DNA of 62,270 nt from Methanoregula sp. Lineage in GTDB: Archaea; Halobacteriota; Methanomicrobia; Methanomicrobiales; Methanospirillaceae. The DNA lies in NCBI GenBank assembly GCA_039698055.1, contig JBDKTL010000031.1:1-62270 (forward strand). The letters run 5' to 3'. Positions 50,792-61,700 of the stretch are shown here, piece by piece. How positions within the stretch are numbered: the first letter of the stretch is position 1; the number at the start of each line of letters is the position of its first letter. The position numbers were made by a program, and so were the translations under genes. Under the pieces are notes generated by a model. That model saw only the letters and a list, made by a program, of their open reading frames with translations, ran no database searches and was not told where the DNA came from.

Positions 50792-50803
50792 CACTTTTTT
50801 TGA

Positions 50804-50827
50804 TATCCCGGTGGGTTCACCGGGATA
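50804..50827 (+). terminator. T-tract plus 10-bp hairpin after rpl18a
   Basis: TTTTTTT at 50795-50801, then TATCCCGGTG-ggtt-CACCGGGATA. Confidence 0.5.
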
Positions 50828-51253
50828 CGGGATTTGGTCTTTTTTAAATTTATTTCAGTATCGTTTTCTTGTGTGATTTCCGATTGAGGATCCGGGATTT
50901 TTTTGTATAACTTCCGGTAACACATGTGTTTTACCTCAAACATCCGGGCGGTGCTTCACCAATTTCCCGGACCGTTTCCGGGAACTCTCCGGCAGCCTTA
51001 TTGACAAAAACATAAATTCAGCAGGCCCTGTCTGCACAAGTCATTCCCCTTCCCCGGTAACTGATCAAATTGTACATACTAGCTCCAGACTACCCGGAAC
51101 CTGGCACACGTCAGGGGCAAACCCGATTATGACTTGTGGGAACCCGATCCTTACCGTTTTTTTATTCCCACAAAGATGTATTTATGCTGATAAAGGTCAT
51201 ACATATCAGGAGTAAGAAAAGATCTGCAATAATAAAAAAAGCGGTGGGGAATC

Positions 51254-51718
51254 TTGGCAAATACTAACGAACCAATGGATCAGCGCGAACTTGAGACGCT
51301 CCAGTATTACCTGAAAGAATACGGGCAGCAGGCAGAGATCTTTGCCAGCCAGCTCGAACTCATGGAAAATGGCCGGATGGAAGCCCTTGCCGCGATTGAG
51401 GCACTTGAATCCCTGGCAGTCTCCGGGGATGGAACCGTTCTCCTCCAGATTGGCGGTGGGGCAAGCCTCAGGGCAAAAGTGCTTGAGCCGGAAAAAGTCC
51501 TGTTGAATATCGGCTCCGATGTGATTGTCGAGAAGACGAACAAGGACGCCGTTGAATATCTCAAGGACCGGCTCACGGAGATGGAAGCCTCCCAGAAAAA
51601 AGTGGCCGAAGCACTCAACCGGCTGCGTGGCCAGATGAACGAGATCGCAAAACGGATCGAGAGCGGTTACCAGCAGGTGATGTCCGCTGGCCAGCCCCAA
51701 AACGCAGAACAGGATTAA
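51254..51718 (+). CDS. pfdA: Prefoldin subunit alpha
   Basis: Coiled coils flanking VLLQIGGG...KVLLNIGSDVIVEK; position before ftsY. Confidence 0.93.
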   Translation: MANTNEPMDQRELETLQYYLKEYGQQAEIFASQLELMENGRMEALAAIEALESLAVSGDGTVLLQIGGGASLRAKVLEPEKVLLNIGSDVIVEKTNKDAVEYLKDRLTEMEASQKKVAEALNRLRGQMNEIAKRIESGYQQVMSAGQPQNAEQD

Positions 51719-51736
51719 ACCGGAGCACATTTTTTC

Positions 51737-52795
51737 ATGTTCGGGGGCCTTAAGGAACGGTTAAAAGAAGTCCGGAACCGGCTGGGGAGCACTATCCAGG
51801 GTGCCGAAACGCCCGCCGCTCCCGGAGCGACGGGATCCCCCCCCGTTTCAGCAACGGCAACCGCAGCAGAGGCCACCGTCAAAAAAACATCTTCTGCTGC
51901 GCCCCCCTCGTTTGTTGATAAGGTAAAAATTCTTGTTCGTGACCGGGAACTGGTCGTCTCGGAAAAAGATCTTTTGGATGCGCTGTCAGAACTTGAGATG
52001 ACGCTTCTGGAGAGCGATGTCGCACTCCCGGTAACTGATGCAATCATCTCCCATGTGAGAGAGGATTTGGTTGGCAAACACCGGAAGATTGGCGAATCTG
52101 TCGACGGGCTTGTTGTAGATGCCCTGAAGTCTGCACTGCTTGGCGTGCTCGGGAACGGATTTGACCTGCTGGAATTTATCAAAACCCATCCCCGCCCGGT
52201 CAGGATCCTCTTTACGGGTGTGAACGGGACCGGTAAAACGACCACAGTTGCAAAGATCGGTGCATACCTGAAAAAACAGGGGTTCACGGTCGTTATCGGT
52301 GCCGGCGACACCTTCCGCGCCGGTGCCATCGAACAGATCGATGTGCATGCCCAGCGCCTTGGCATCAAGATCATCCAGCACCAGGCCGGAGCCGATCCCT
52401 CTGCGGTGCTTTTTGACACTGTCCAATATGCCATCTCGCACAAGATCGATGTGGTGCTTGCCGATACCGCGGGCAGGTTCCACACCAAGGCAAACCTGAT
52501 GAGCCAGCTCGACAAGATCAAACGTGTCATGAAACCGGATCTCGTGATCTATGTCGATGAAGCCGTGGCAGGCAACGACGCGGTGATACGGGCGGCAGAG
52601 TTTGACCGGACGGTTGGTGCCGATGCAGTGGTGCTCACGAAAGCCGACATGGACTCGCGGGGCGGTGCCGCGATCTCGATTGCGCACACAATTGGAAAAC
52701 CGCTTATGTTTCTTGGCGTCGGGCAGGGGTACGACGATATTATCCCCTTCTCGCCAAAAGATGTCGTTGAGGAACTGCTGGGAAGTGATCTCTGA
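51737..52795 (+). CDS. ftsY: SRP receptor FtsY
   Basis: [40 protein letters not shown]. Confidence 0.97.
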   Translation: MFGGLKERLKEVRNRLGSTIQGAETPAAPGATGSPPVSATATAAEATVKKTSSAAPPSFVDKVKILVRDRELVVSEKDLLDALSELEMTLLESDVALPVTDAIISHVREDLVGKHRKIGESVDGLVVDALKSALLGVLGNGFDLLEFIKTHPRPVRILFTGVNGTGKTTTVAKIGAYLKKQGFTVVIGAGDTFRAGAIEQIDVHAQRLGIKIIQHQAGADPSAVLFDTVQYAISHKIDVVLADTAGRFHTKANLMSQLDKIKRVMKPDLVIYVDEAVAGNDAVIRAAEFDRTVGADAVVLTKADMDSRGGAAISIAHTIGKPLMFLGVGQGYDDIIPFSPKDVVEELLGSDL

Positions 52796-54120
52796 TGCTT
52801 GACAACCTTTCATCCTCCTTAAAAGATGCACTCAAAAAACTTGCCGGGAAAGCGGTCGTTGACCGTGCGGCGGTAGATGAACTGGTCAAGGATCTCCAGC
52901 GGGCGCTCATTGCATCAGATGTCAACGTCAAACTCGTCATGGATCTCTCAAAGGCGATCCGCACCCGGTCCCTTGACGAAGAACTGCCAAAAAATACTAA
53001 CGTCCGCGAGCACGTGCTCCGCATCGTTTACCAGGAACTCGTCCGGCTTATCTGGGCCTCTTCAGATGTAAAACTTGAACCGCAGACAATTCTCATGGCG
53101 GGATTGCAGGGCAGCGGCAAGACCACGACCTGCGGAAAGCTCGCCCGTTACTTCCAGAAAAAAGGAATGAAAGTCGGGGTTATCTGCGCAGATACGTTCC
53201 GCCCAGGTGCGTACGATCAGATCTCCACGCTCTGCCAGAAAATCAACATTCCCTGTTTTGGCGATCCAAAGGCCACTGATGCACGCAAAATTGTCACGGA
53301 AGGGCTTGTCGCGTACAAAGACCTCGAAGTAATTATTGTTGATACGCAGGGGCGTCACGCACTTGAATCCGACCTGATACAGGAAATCATCGACCTGAAC
53401 ACGATCACAAAAGCGACCCACCGCTGGCTGGTCATCGATGCAGCGCTCGGCCAGCAGGCAAGCGAGCAGGCGCGCAGGTTCCACGAAGCCATCGGCGTCG
53501 ATGGTGTCATCATCACCAAGATGGACGGGACGGCAAAGGGTGGCGGTGCGCTGTCAGCTGTTGCAGAAACCAGGAGCGGGATTGTATTCATCGGCGCCGG
53601 GGAGACAATCGAAGATCTTGAGCGGTTCGACTCAGACGGGTTTATCTCCCGGCTTCTCGGGATGGGCGATCTCCGGGCGCTGATGGAAAAAGCCGGGGAA
53701 TCCTTGAAAGCCGATGATATGGACATCAACGCGATGATGAAGGGCAAGTTTACCCTCCGCGACATGTACCAACAGCTTGAAGCGCTCAACAAGATGGGTC
53801 CGTTAAAGCAGATCATGAGCATGCTGCCGCTTGGCAACATGGAACTTCCTGAAGGTGTCTATGATGTGACCAGCACCAAAATGGTACGGTACCGGATCAT
53901 CATGGACTCGATGACTTCTTCAGAACTCGACGACCCGGGACTCATCAGCAGTTCGCGGATGCAGCGGATCGCCCGGGGAGCCGGTGCGACACCCGATGAA
54001 GTGCGGGAACTTTTAAAATATTATAAGATGATGCAGCGCACCCTCAAAGGCCTGCGGGGAAGTACCGGTGGAAAATTCAACATGCAGCGCATGATGAAGC
54101 GTTTCTCCGGAATGCAATAA
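52795..54120 (+). CDS. srp54: Signal recognition particle protein SRP54
   Basis: [40 protein letters not shown], Met-rich M domain. Confidence 0.97.
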   Translation: MLDNLSSSLKDALKKLAGKAVVDRAAVDELVKDLQRALIASDVNVKLVMDLSKAIRTRSLDEELPKNTNVREHVLRIVYQELVRLIWASSDVKLEPQTILMAGLQGSGKTTTCGKLARYFQKKGMKVGVICADTFRPGAYDQISTLCQKINIPCFGDPKATDARKIVTEGLVAYKDLEVIIVDTQGRHALESDLIQEIIDLNTITKATHRWLVIDAALGQQASEQARRFHEAIGVDGVIITKMDGTAKGGGALSAVAETRSGIVFIGAGETIEDLERFDSDGFISRLLGMGDLRALMEKAGESLKADDMDINAMMKGKFTLRDMYQQLEALNKMGPLKQIMSMLPLGNMELPEGVYDVTSTKMVRYRIIMDSMTSSELDDPGLISSSRMQRIARGAGATPDEVRELLKYYKMMQRTLKGLRGSTGGKFNMQRMMKRFSGMQ

Positions 54121-54121
54121 T

Positions 54122-54685
54122 ATGACCTCGTTTGCCATTGTCGGGCACCTTGCCCGTACGGACGGGGGATTTTCCTTAAACGATCTTCCTGGCGCCGGGC
54201 GTATGGATGTGCTGTGCCGGTGCGTGAACGCATCGATGTTTCTCTCGCACGATCTCCGCAAAGATGTGGACTGCGATCTGGTCCTTTGCGGGGAACCAAA
54301 AGGGCATAAGACCATAAAATTCTGCGGTGCGGAGATCCGGTCGCTTTCCCCGGATGAACGGAGTGCAGGGGCGCTCATCAAAAAAGCGCTCGATACCATT
54401 TGTGGCAGCGAGTTCCGTGAGGCTTCACCGGGGGTGTCTGTCCGTAACGGCGGGCTTGCCCGGCTCCTCTCGGAACATACGTTTGCCGTGCTTGATGAGA
54501 CGGGCATCGATGTCCGCACTGCACCAGCGCTTCCCGGTGCCTTCCTCCTGTCCGATCATCTGAATTTTACACCGGAGGAAGAAGCGCTTATCGCAGGCTG
54601 CCCCCGGTATTCTGTCGGGCCAAAGTGCCTGCACGCGGATCATGCAATAACCGTGCTCCAGAACGAACTTGACCGGAGGATATGA
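54122..54685 (+). CDS. trmY: tRNA (pseudouridine54-N1)-methyltransferase
   Basis: FSLNDLPG.GRMDVLCRC, LSHDLR, PDERS, LSDH, SVGP..LHADH. Confidence 0.92.
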   Translation: MTSFAIVGHLARTDGGFSLNDLPGAGRMDVLCRCVNASMFLSHDLRKDVDCDLVLCGEPKGHKTIKFCGAEIRSLSPDERSAGALIKKALDTICGSEFREASPGVSVRNGGLARLLSEHTFAVLDETGIDVRTAPALPGAFLLSDHLNFTPEEEALIAGCPRYSVGPKCLHADHAITVLQNELDRRI

Positions 54686-55920
54686 ACATGGACATACACG
54701 AACAGGTAACAAAGATCATTTCCTACGGGGATTGCTGCGATCACTGCCTCGGGCGGTTCTTTGGCAAGCGTTCACATGGGCTTACGAACGATGAACGGGG
54801 GCAGGGGCTCCGGATAGCCCGGGCACTTGCGGAAAACCAGCCTTACACAAAATTTACCGGCACCTGCTGGGTGTGCGGGAACTTCTTTGACAGCGTGCCC
54901 GCATGGGCAGAAAAAGTCGTTGCTGCGTTTGAGGGTATCGAATATTCCTCATTCCTCGTTGGCTGCCGCGTACCGCCACTCATCGCGGAAAATGAAGAGA
55001 TGATCTGGAGCGATCTTGCGCTTGCCGAACCCGAACCGTTTAAGTCTGAGGTAAACCGGGAAGTGGGAAAAGCGGTCTCGTTGATCACGGGAAAAACTGT
55101 TGATTTCAAAAAGCCGGACCTTGTCGCGATCCTTGACGTAGCCGGGGACATCGTGGAAGTACAGATCAACTCGGTCTTCTTTTATGGCCGGTACTGTAAA
55201 TTTGAGCGCGGCATCCCCCAGACGCACTGGAACTGCCGGACCTGCAAAGGTGCCGGGTGTGAGAAGTGCAACTTTACAGGTAAGCAGTACCTGGATTCGG
55301 TTGAGGAGCTGATCGGACGTCCGGTTATCGAGGCGTTTGCCGCGGAAAATGCTGTTCTCCACGGCGCCGGGAGAGAGGATATCGATGCACGGATGATCGG
55401 TACCGGCAGGCCATTTATCCTGGAAGTTGTCGCGCCGAAAAAGCGGGGAATGGATCTTTCTGCACTGGAAGAAGCGATCAACCGGGGTGCGGATGGACGG
55501 ATTTCCGTGTCTATCATGCGCTGGAGCGAACGGACGGAAGTGGAAACCCTTAAATCCAGTAAAGCGCATAAAAAATACAGGATCCTGGTCGAGGTTGAAG
55601 GTGCATTATCTGCGGAAGAGCTCGCAAATGCCCTCAAAGCCTTGAAAGGCGTCACAATACAGCAGCGCACGCCCGAACGAGTCGCCCACCGGAGAGCAGA
55701 CAAGATCCGTGAGCGAACAGTCCTTGATATCGAGTTCATTGAAGAACAGGACGGCAGATTTGTTGTTGAAGTTCTCGGCGAAGCCGGCCTCTACATCAAA
55801 GAACTTATATCAGGCGATCAGGGAAGGACACACCCAAGTCTTGCCGAGATCCTGAATCGATCGGCGCACGTCACCAGTCTTGATGTCGTGGAAGTCGAAG
55901 GTACAAAGGAGGGAGAATAA
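54682..55920 (+). CDS. pus10: tRNA pseudouridine(54/55) synthase Pus10
   Basis: CDHCLGR, GRY.K..RGIPQT, HGAGREDIDARM.G.GRPF, QRTP.RV.HRRAD, GLYIKEL.SGD.GRT.PS. Confidence 0.96.
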   Translation: MNMDIHEQVTKIISYGDCCDHCLGRFFGKRSHGLTNDERGQGLRIARALAENQPYTKFTGTCWVCGNFFDSVPAWAEKVVAAFEGIEYSSFLVGCRVPPLIAENEEMIWSDLALAEPEPFKSEVNREVGKAVSLITGKTVDFKKPDLVAILDVAGDIVEVQINSVFFYGRYCKFERGIPQTHWNCRTCKGAGCEKCNFTGKQYLDSVEELIGRPVIEAFAAENAVLHGAGREDIDARMIGTGRPFILEVVAPKKRGMDLSALEEAINRGADGRISVSIMRWSERTEVETLKSSKAHKKYRILVEVEGALSAEELANALKALKGVTIQQRTPERVAHRRADKIRERTVLDIEFIEEQDGRFVVEVLGEAGLYIKELISGDQGRTHPSLAEILNRSAHVTSLDVVEVEGTKEGE

Positions 55921-55922
55921 CT

Positions 55923-56213
55923 ATGGCACATCACAATGGACCAAGAAAAAAGACCCGATATAAGTTCAAGAAAGAATTACGACAGCGTGGATTGCCACCG
56001 GTCACCTCCGTCATCCAGAAGTTCGAGCCCGGTGACAAGGTTCACATTGTCGTGAACCCCAGTATCCAGAAAGGGATGCCGCACCGCCGTTTCCACGGAT
56101 TGACCGGAACCGTTATCGGCCAGCGCGGCCGTGCATGGATGCTTACCATTCAGGACGGCAACGCAGAAAAGACCGTCATTGCGCGACCACAACATCTAAA
56201 AGCGCAAAAGTAA
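55923..56213 (+). CDS. rpl21e: 50S ribosomal protein L21e
   Basis: GDKVHI...PS..KGMPHRRFHG.TG.V..QRG, RPQHL. Confidence 0.96.
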   Translation: MAHHNGPRKKTRYKFKKELRQRGLPPVTSVIQKFEPGDKVHIVVNPSIQKGMPHRRFHGLTGTVIGQRGRAWMLTIQDGNAEKTVIARPQHLKAQK

Positions 56214-56234
56214 ACTCATTGTCAGGTGATTGGC

Positions 56235-56585
56235 ATGAAAGTAAAGGGTATACTTAGCGAAGAAAGGGTAACACTGCCAGAACTGCGCACTGTCCTTTTA
56301 GGTGTGGAATCCGAACGGATTTCCGCTGAAAAGGAGTTGTCGTATGAGTTCCGGCGCAGTATGGAGCATGTCAATCAGCTTGCAAAGACCACACCAGAAA
56401 AATCTCAGGATCTCGTCGCTCAACTCGTCAAACTCGAGAAGATGAAGCCTGAGATCGCCTACCGGATCGCAAATATCATGCCAAAGAGCCGGGATGAAGT
56501 ACGGGCGATCTTTGCAAAAGAGCGGTATACGCTTGTTCCTGAAGAGATCGACGCAATCATCGAACTTGTGACCACACACTTCTGA
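56235..56585 (+). CDS. rpo4: RNA polymerase subunit Rpo4 (RpoF)
   Basis: ELSYE....EH, IANIMP..RDEVRAIFAKE; position after rpl21e. Confidence 0.92.
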   Translation: MKVKGILSEERVTLPELRTVLLGVESERISAEKELSYEFRRSMEHVNQLAKTTPEKSQDLVAQLVKLEKMKPEIAYRIANIMPKSRDEVRAIFAKERYTLVPEEIDAIIELVTTHF

Positions 56586-56591
56586 GGTGTG

Positions 56592-57158
56592 ATGATGAAA
56601 GCGGAGAAAAAAGAGGTCAATGCGATCGTACTGGATGTGCTCATGAAGGGGCACCCGGATGATCCCCGTCCCCCTTTTAAACGAGAACCCCTTGTCCAGG
56701 CAATGGGGCTTGAACAGTTCAAGCTTTTAGAGCTGGTGCCAAAAGCTGCGGTGGTCATCAACCTCTACGACAAGGTATATATCGGTGACTCAGAGCGGGA
56801 TAAGATCGAGCGGGTGAAACGTCGGATAGGCTATGATGACCTGACACCGACAGCACGGGGAGAACTGCCGTTTGTGATCGAGCAGGTGATAAAAGAGCGT
56901 GAACCGGAATTTGTTGCGTTTTTTAACAAGTCAATCTCGATCACGCCCAAACTGCATATGCTCCATCTCCTGCCCGGGATCGGCAAGAAACTGATGTGGG
57001 AGATCCTTGAAACCCGGACGAAAAAACCGTTTGAGAGTTTTGCGGATATTTCTGCACGGATCAAGGCCATTCCTCACCCGGAAAAGATGATCCAGGCCCG
57101 TATTCTTGAAGAACTGCAGGATAAAACGGTTAAATATCACGTGTTTACCTCGTCATGA
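56592..57158 (+). CDS. DUF655 family putative RNA-binding protein
   Basis: VLD....GHP, QA.G...F.LLEL, FFN...SIT..LH.L.LLPGIGKK, PFESF.D. Confidence 0.9.
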   Translation: MMKAEKKEVNAIVLDVLMKGHPDDPRPPFKREPLVQAMGLEQFKLLELVPKAAVVINLYDKVYIGDSERDKIERVKRRIGYDDLTPTARGELPFVIEQVIKEREPEFVAFFNKSISITPKLHMLHLLPGIGKKLMWEILETRTKKPFESFADISARIKAIPHPEKMIQARILEELQDKTVKYHVFTSS

Positions 57159-57919
57159 AAGCGTACCACGACCAGCATTTTCTTGTGGACCAGAATGCTG
57201 TGCAGCGCATCGCCGCTCTTGCCGATGTGCAGGATAAACAGGTTCTGGAGATCGGGCCGGGCAACGGGGCACTGACCCGTGCACTTCTCGATCGCGGTGC
57301 GATTGTCCATGCGGTGGAACTGGACGGGACACTCTGCGAAGAACTCAACGATCGTTTTTCCGATGAGATCATAAAGGGCACACTGACTGTCCGGCAGGGT
57401 GATGCGACACGGTGCGATCTTCCCTCATTTGAGATGGTGGTGTCCAACCTCCCGTATTCAGTTTCGTCAAAGATTACGTTCCGTCTGCTCGATATCGGAT
57501 TTGAAGTTGGCGTGCTGATGTACCAGAGCGAGTTTGCCCGGCGGATGGTGGCGAAGGTGGGCACAAAAGACTGCGGGCGACTGTCGGTGATGGTGCAGAC
57601 GTACGCCGCGGTTCAGCAATGCTTTGAGCTTCCTCCCACCAGTTTTTCACCAAAACCTCATGTTCACTCGATGGTGCTCAAGATCTTCCCCCGCTCCCCT
57701 ATCTTTCCCATTGACGACAACAAGCGCTATGCCAATGTCGTGCGGGCGCTGTTCTCCCACCGGCGAAAGACCGTGAAAAACGGCCTGAAAGGATCGTTGG
57801 GGATGCTCGACCATGACTGGGTGGAACGGGTGCTTGCAAAACTCCCCGGGGAGATCCTGTCAAGTCGTCCTGAGGCTTTGTATCTTGAAGATTTTGCAAC
57901 GATCACAAATATTGTGTGA
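57155..57919 (+). CDS. rsmA: 16S rRNA adenine dimethyltransferase
   Basis: DQHFL, VLEIGPG.G.LT, VSNLPY, Q.EFARR, F.P.P.V.S, FSHRRKT. Confidence 0.95.
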   Translation: MKAYHDQHFLVDQNAVQRIAALADVQDKQVLEIGPGNGALTRALLDRGAIVHAVELDGTLCEELNDRFSDEIIKGTLTVRQGDATRCDLPSFEMVVSNLPYSVSSKITFRLLDIGFEVGVLMYQSEFARRMVAKVGTKDCGRLSVMVQTYAAVQQCFELPPTSFSPKPHVHSMVLKIFPRSPIFPIDDNKRYANVVRALFSHRRKTVKNGLKGSLGMLDHDWVERVLAKLPGEILSSRPEALYLEDFATITNIV

Positions 57920-58009
57920 TTTTTATCTCAACGGATGCCGTCAGGACCAGGTCTTGGGGTAAGTCATGCAATCTCTTTTCAGGCACACCGCCCCATCATT
58001 TCTCTGATT

Positions 58010-58576
58010 ATGCCGGGAAACCCCGATCAGGTATACCAGCCGGAAGCCGACACGTATCTCCTGCTGGAAGCCAGCCGTGCGGAAGTACAACCCGGTGACC
58101 GGGTGCTTGAGATTGGCACCGGTTCCGGGACTATAGCCGCCGCACTCATGCATACCTGCGATATTGTCGCAACAGACCTCAACCCCCATGCCGTGTTCTG
58201 CGCCCGCACGCAGGGTGTCGATGTCGTGCATGGCGATCTCATGAGCGGTATACGGGGAGCGTTTGACCTTGTAATCTTCAATCCCCCGTATCTCCCGACA
58301 CAACCCGAAGAGCGCCTTGACGACTGGCTAGAATATGCCCTTGACGGTGGACCCACCGGGCGCCTGGTGATCGAACGGTTTGCCCGCGATGTCAGGCGGG
58401 TGCTGGCACCGGGCGGACGGATCCTGCTTCTTGTATCCTCTTTAACCGGGCTTGCCGAAGTCCGTGAATTGTTTGCCCGGTACGGGTTAGAAATGACCAT
58501 CGCAGCGCAGCAGAAGGTTGAGGATGAGGAACTGTACGTGCTTCGGTTTATATCATCCGGTGGCCAGCGCCCTTAA
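58010..58576 (+). CDS. HemK2/PrmC-type release-factor glutamine methyltransferase
   Basis: VYQPEADTYLL, VLEIGTGSG, FNPPYLP, LDGG..G; start ATG 58010. Confidence 0.9.
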   Translation: MPGNPDQVYQPEADTYLLLEASRAEVQPGDRVLEIGTGSGTIAAALMHTCDIVATDLNPHAVFCARTQGVDVVHGDLMSGIRGAFDLVIFNPPYLPTQPEERLDDWLEYALDGGPTGRLVIERFARDVRRVLAPGGRILLLVSSLTGLAEVRELFARYGLEMTIAAQQKVEDEELYVLRFISSGGQRP

Positions 58577-58719
58577 CCAGACCCGTCCATTTTAAAAATA
58601 CATGGTATCCTACACGGTACTGTTGTAATTATTTAAAGGAAAAACGGCAATCATATACCACATTTTATCGTCGTTAACGAATGCATTCCGGATCACCCGT
58701 TTGATAGACAGGAACACCC

Positions 58720-59304
58720 ATGAACGAACTCTCCATTGACATAATCAAACACCGGTTACAGAGATATGAACGCAGCGTGCAGGAAACTTCTGAACATTCA
58801 TCAGAACTGACCCCCTTTGGACGCTATCGTGCCGTTGCACCCTACGAAGAAAAATACGGTTTATCACTCCTTATTGAATCTTTGAAACCCGATGACCCGC
58901 ACGTACAACTTCTGCAAAATGAATTTGACAGGATTACCCTGGCATTTGCTTCCTTTGAACAGGAGAAAGGTTGGCAGTACCGTGATAACCTCTGGTATTC
59001 CCTCGTGCAGTATACCGATGCCAGGTACACGGCGCTCTGCTGGTACCAGATCGGTCTCTCTGACATCGATATTGATCGCGATCTTTTCATGCAGCACCAG
59101 ACTGAAGTTTTACTAAAAGAGTTGCGCCACGATTACCAGCTGGCAGAAATTGAACAAAAAATTGCCGTGATTGATGAGGCGTACCGGGGTCTGAGCGAAA
59201 TGGTGGGAAAAACGATTCCAGAACAATCTCCAGCATGTGCAAAGATGGGCTATCCTCAAGGAAACGGGTGGAAATATCCCAAAAAAATAATGGAAAATGA
59301 ATAA
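58720..59304 (+). CDS. Hypothetical protein
   Basis: 194-aa ORF with AGGA RBS and upstream TTTAAAG; helical composition; no family recognised. Confidence 0.6.
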   Translation: MNELSIDIIKHRLQRYERSVQETSEHSSELTPFGRYRAVAPYEEKYGLSLLIESLKPDDPHVQLLQNEFDRITLAFASFEQEKGWQYRDNLWYSLVQYTDARYTALCWYQIGLSDIDIDRDLFMQHQTEVLLKELRHDYQLAEIEQKIAVIDEAYRGLSEMVGKTIPEQSPACAKMGYPQGNGWKYPKKIMENE

Positions 59305-59491
59305 ACATTTTTTCGCATGAGGTGGCCCTCTCTGCGTTTTACCCCCACGATGTTTCCATCGTTTTAAAATTCGCACCAATGTAAAAAAGAAATCCCCTCA
59401 GCAAATCGTATCTGCCCCTCTTTTCATCAGCATGTAAGAGAAAAAGTTCGGGGATCTTAAAAATGACCTCTGTTCTGTGGGTTGTTTTATC

Positions 59492-60277
59492 TCATGCAAT
59501 CAGCCGGCGCCGCATCAAGTTGATCGATATGACACAGAAGAGTGCAGTAACTACGGCAATCCATGCAAGGTGAAGGATAATCGTCCACGATAGTGTCGCG
59601 AGCGTGAACATACGGGCGACAATAACAAGGTGGGTCAGCGGGAGCACCGCGAGCGCTCCGTACTGGATGACTGTCGGGAGGAGCGTGAGCGGGAAGAATG
59701 TCCCCGAGAAGAGCATCATCGGTGTGATGAACAGGAACGAGGGGTAGTTGAGCGTATCGATGCTCGGTGTGATCGCGGTAAAGCACATCGCAATACCCGC
59801 AAACATCAGGCCCCCGAGAAATGCCACCGGGATGACCAGCAGGGACGCCGGCAGGGAGATCACCCCAAATGCGGCAAACACGGGGATCATCATCGCCACC
59901 GAGATAACGCTTCTTGTCGCACCCCAGAGCAGTTCTCCGGCGATTACATCCTCAATCGTGAGCGGAGTTGCGATGATCGCGTCAAAGCTCTTCTGGTAAT
60001 ACATCCGGACATAGGAGCCGTACGTGCATTCAAAGAATGCGGAGTTCATGATCGATATCGCAAGAATCGCCGGTGCGATAAACTCCACGTACGGGACCCC
60101 GTCAATTGCCCCAACGTACGTCCCGATACCAAGTCCGATGGCAAAAAGGTACAGGAGCGCCTCGATAAACGGCGGGAAGAAGTTCACCTTCCACGTCTTG
60201 ACAAACACTTCGAGGTTTCTCTGCCAGACTTTCCATGCCCGGCGGCTGATGCGGGGAACTGACCAGATGTGCGGCAT
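59492..60277 (-). CDS. ABC-2 type permease (NodJ-like)
   Basis: YVEFIAPAILA, RMYYQKSFDAIIATPL, GELLWGA, FSGTFFP, LPLTH. Confidence 0.92.
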   Translation of the reverse strand: MPHIWSVPRISRRAWKVWQRNLEVFVKTWKVNFFPPFIEALLYLFAIGLGIGTYVGAIDGVPYVEFIAPAILAISIMNSAFFECTYGSYVRMYYQKSFDAIIATPLTIEDVIAGELLWGATRSVISVAMMIPVFAAFGVISLPASLLVIPVAFLGGLMFAGIAMCFTAITPSIDTLNYPSFLFITPMMLFSGTFFPLTLLPTVIQYGALAVLPLTHLVIVARMFTLATLSWTIILHLAWIAVVTALFCVISINLMRRRLIA

Positions 60278-60283
60278 GGTTTG

Positions 60284-61192
60284 TTACTCCCGCAGGGTCC
60301 TCCCGGTCAGTTTTAAAAATACATCCTCAAGCGTCGCCGGACGGGTGATTACCTTTCCGGGTTGGCAGGTATCGAGCAGGTTCCGGGCGACATCGCGGGC
60401 GGATTCGGTAGCGATCTGCACCATGTCACCTGCGATCTCATAGGTAACCTGCATACGGTCGAGGCATGCGAGCACCCCGTCGCTTTTTTCCACTTCCACG
60501 ATCTCGCTGCCTGCGTACTGCTTCACCAGATCTGCCGGTGTGCCCTCGACAAGGATTTTCCCGTTATCCATGATCACCAGCCGATCGCAGAGCCGGGCGG
60601 CTTCATCAAGGTAGTGCGTCGTGAGCACAATGGTGTTGCCCTGTGCCTGCAAGATTTTCAGCCGCTCCCAGATGAGGTGGCGTGCCTGCGGATCAAGCCC
60701 GATCGTCGGCTCGTCCAGTACGAGCAGCGATGGGTTGTTGACGAGCGCCCGGGCAAGGATGAGCCGGCGCTTCATGCCGCCGGAGAGTTTATCGATGAGT
60801 ACATCGCGCTTTTCTTCAAGCTGGACAAATGCCAGCAGGTCTGCAACCCGTTTTTTTGCTTCGGCCGGTGGGATATCGAAGTACCGGGCATAGGTGACAA
60901 GGTTGCCAAAACAGGTAAAATCCGGATCGAGATTGGTCTCCTGCGGGACGACGCCGATCTGCTGTTTAATCTCTGAGGGTGCCGTATCCGGATCCCGGCC
61001 AAAGACCAGAAGCGTGCCCGATGTACGGGGGGACACGCACTCGATCATCCTCATCGTTGTGGTTTTTCCTGCGCCGTTGGGGCCAAGGAACCCGAACACC
61101 TCCCCCTTCTGCACCGAAAACTGTATGCCGTCCACAGCATGTGTGGATTCAAATGTTTTTCGCAATTCGCGGGCTTCGATAACAGGGGCCAT
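60284..61192 (-). CDS. ABC transporter ATP-binding protein (NodI/DrrA-like)
   Basis: GPNGAGKTT, LSGGMKRRL, LDEPT.GLDP, TTHY, TLEDVFLKLTG; start ATG 61192. Confidence 0.93.
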   Translation of the reverse strand: MAPVIEARELRKTFESTHAVDGIQFSVQKGEVFGFLGPNGAGKTTTMRMIECVSPRTSGTLLVFGRDPDTAPSEIKQQIGVVPQETNLDPDFTCFGNLVTYARYFDIPPAEAKKRVADLLAFVQLEEKRDVLIDKLSGGMKRRLILARALVNNPSLLVLDEPTIGLDPQARHLIWERLKILQAQGNTIVLTTHYLDEAARLCDRLVIMDNGKILVEGTPADLVKQYAGSEIVEVEKSDGVLACLDRMQVTYEIAGDMVQIATESARDVARNLLDTCQPGKVITRPATLEDVFLKLTGRTLRE

Positions 61193-61298
61193 AGCACTCA
61201 CTTCGTGATCCGTGATTTGGCGGGTTTGCATAAAAAGACTCATACTCCTGTGTGGCATCTGCATCCCGCTACGGTGTTCCTGCTCACAGAATAACTCA

Positions 61299-61667
61299 TT
61301 ACGATGTCGTCACTTCACTTTTAACAAGCACAACACCGGCAATCAGCACCGCAAGCAGGGCAACGGTTGCAAACATCTGGAGCGCATCCGTGGTTTCGAC
61401 ATTATAGACAAGGATATGCCGAACCATGCCGGTGATGCCGGCAATAAGCAGTGCCCGGACTTCCACGTGTTTTGTCTTGAAATAGACCGTGACCGTTTCA
61501 AAGAGCACGATGATCGTGATGGTGAGGAGCAGTGCATAGATCACGTTCACGAGACCGTTTGCAAAATCGCGGGTGACGATCATGGTGACAATGAGCTGCC
61601 CTGCATCGTAGATGGAGAACACAGCAATGATCGTGAGCATGACCGCGACGATCATGTACAGTGCCAT
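61299..61667 (-). CDS. Phosphate-starvation-inducible PsiE family membrane protein (possibly 5'-truncated)
   Basis: [15 protein letters not shown].....V..LLIAGIT..VRHIL. The hydrophobic frame continues upstream ([11 protein letters not shown]) up to the IS junction. Confidence 0.7.
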   Translation of the reverse strand: MALYMIVAVMLTIIAVFSIYDAGQLIVTMIVTRDFANGLVNVIYALLLTITIIVLFETVTVYFKTKHVEVRALLIAGITGMVRHILVYNVETTDALQMFATVALLAVLIAGVVLVKSEVTTS

Positions 61668-61700
61668 TGGAATCAGGGCAAAAAATGCAGTAATATAACC

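Noticed and set aside
49856-52831. Long minus-strand ORFs (49856-50734, 51715-52530, 51986-52831)
   Set aside because: Antisense shadows of aIF-6 and ftsY in GC-rich coding sequence.
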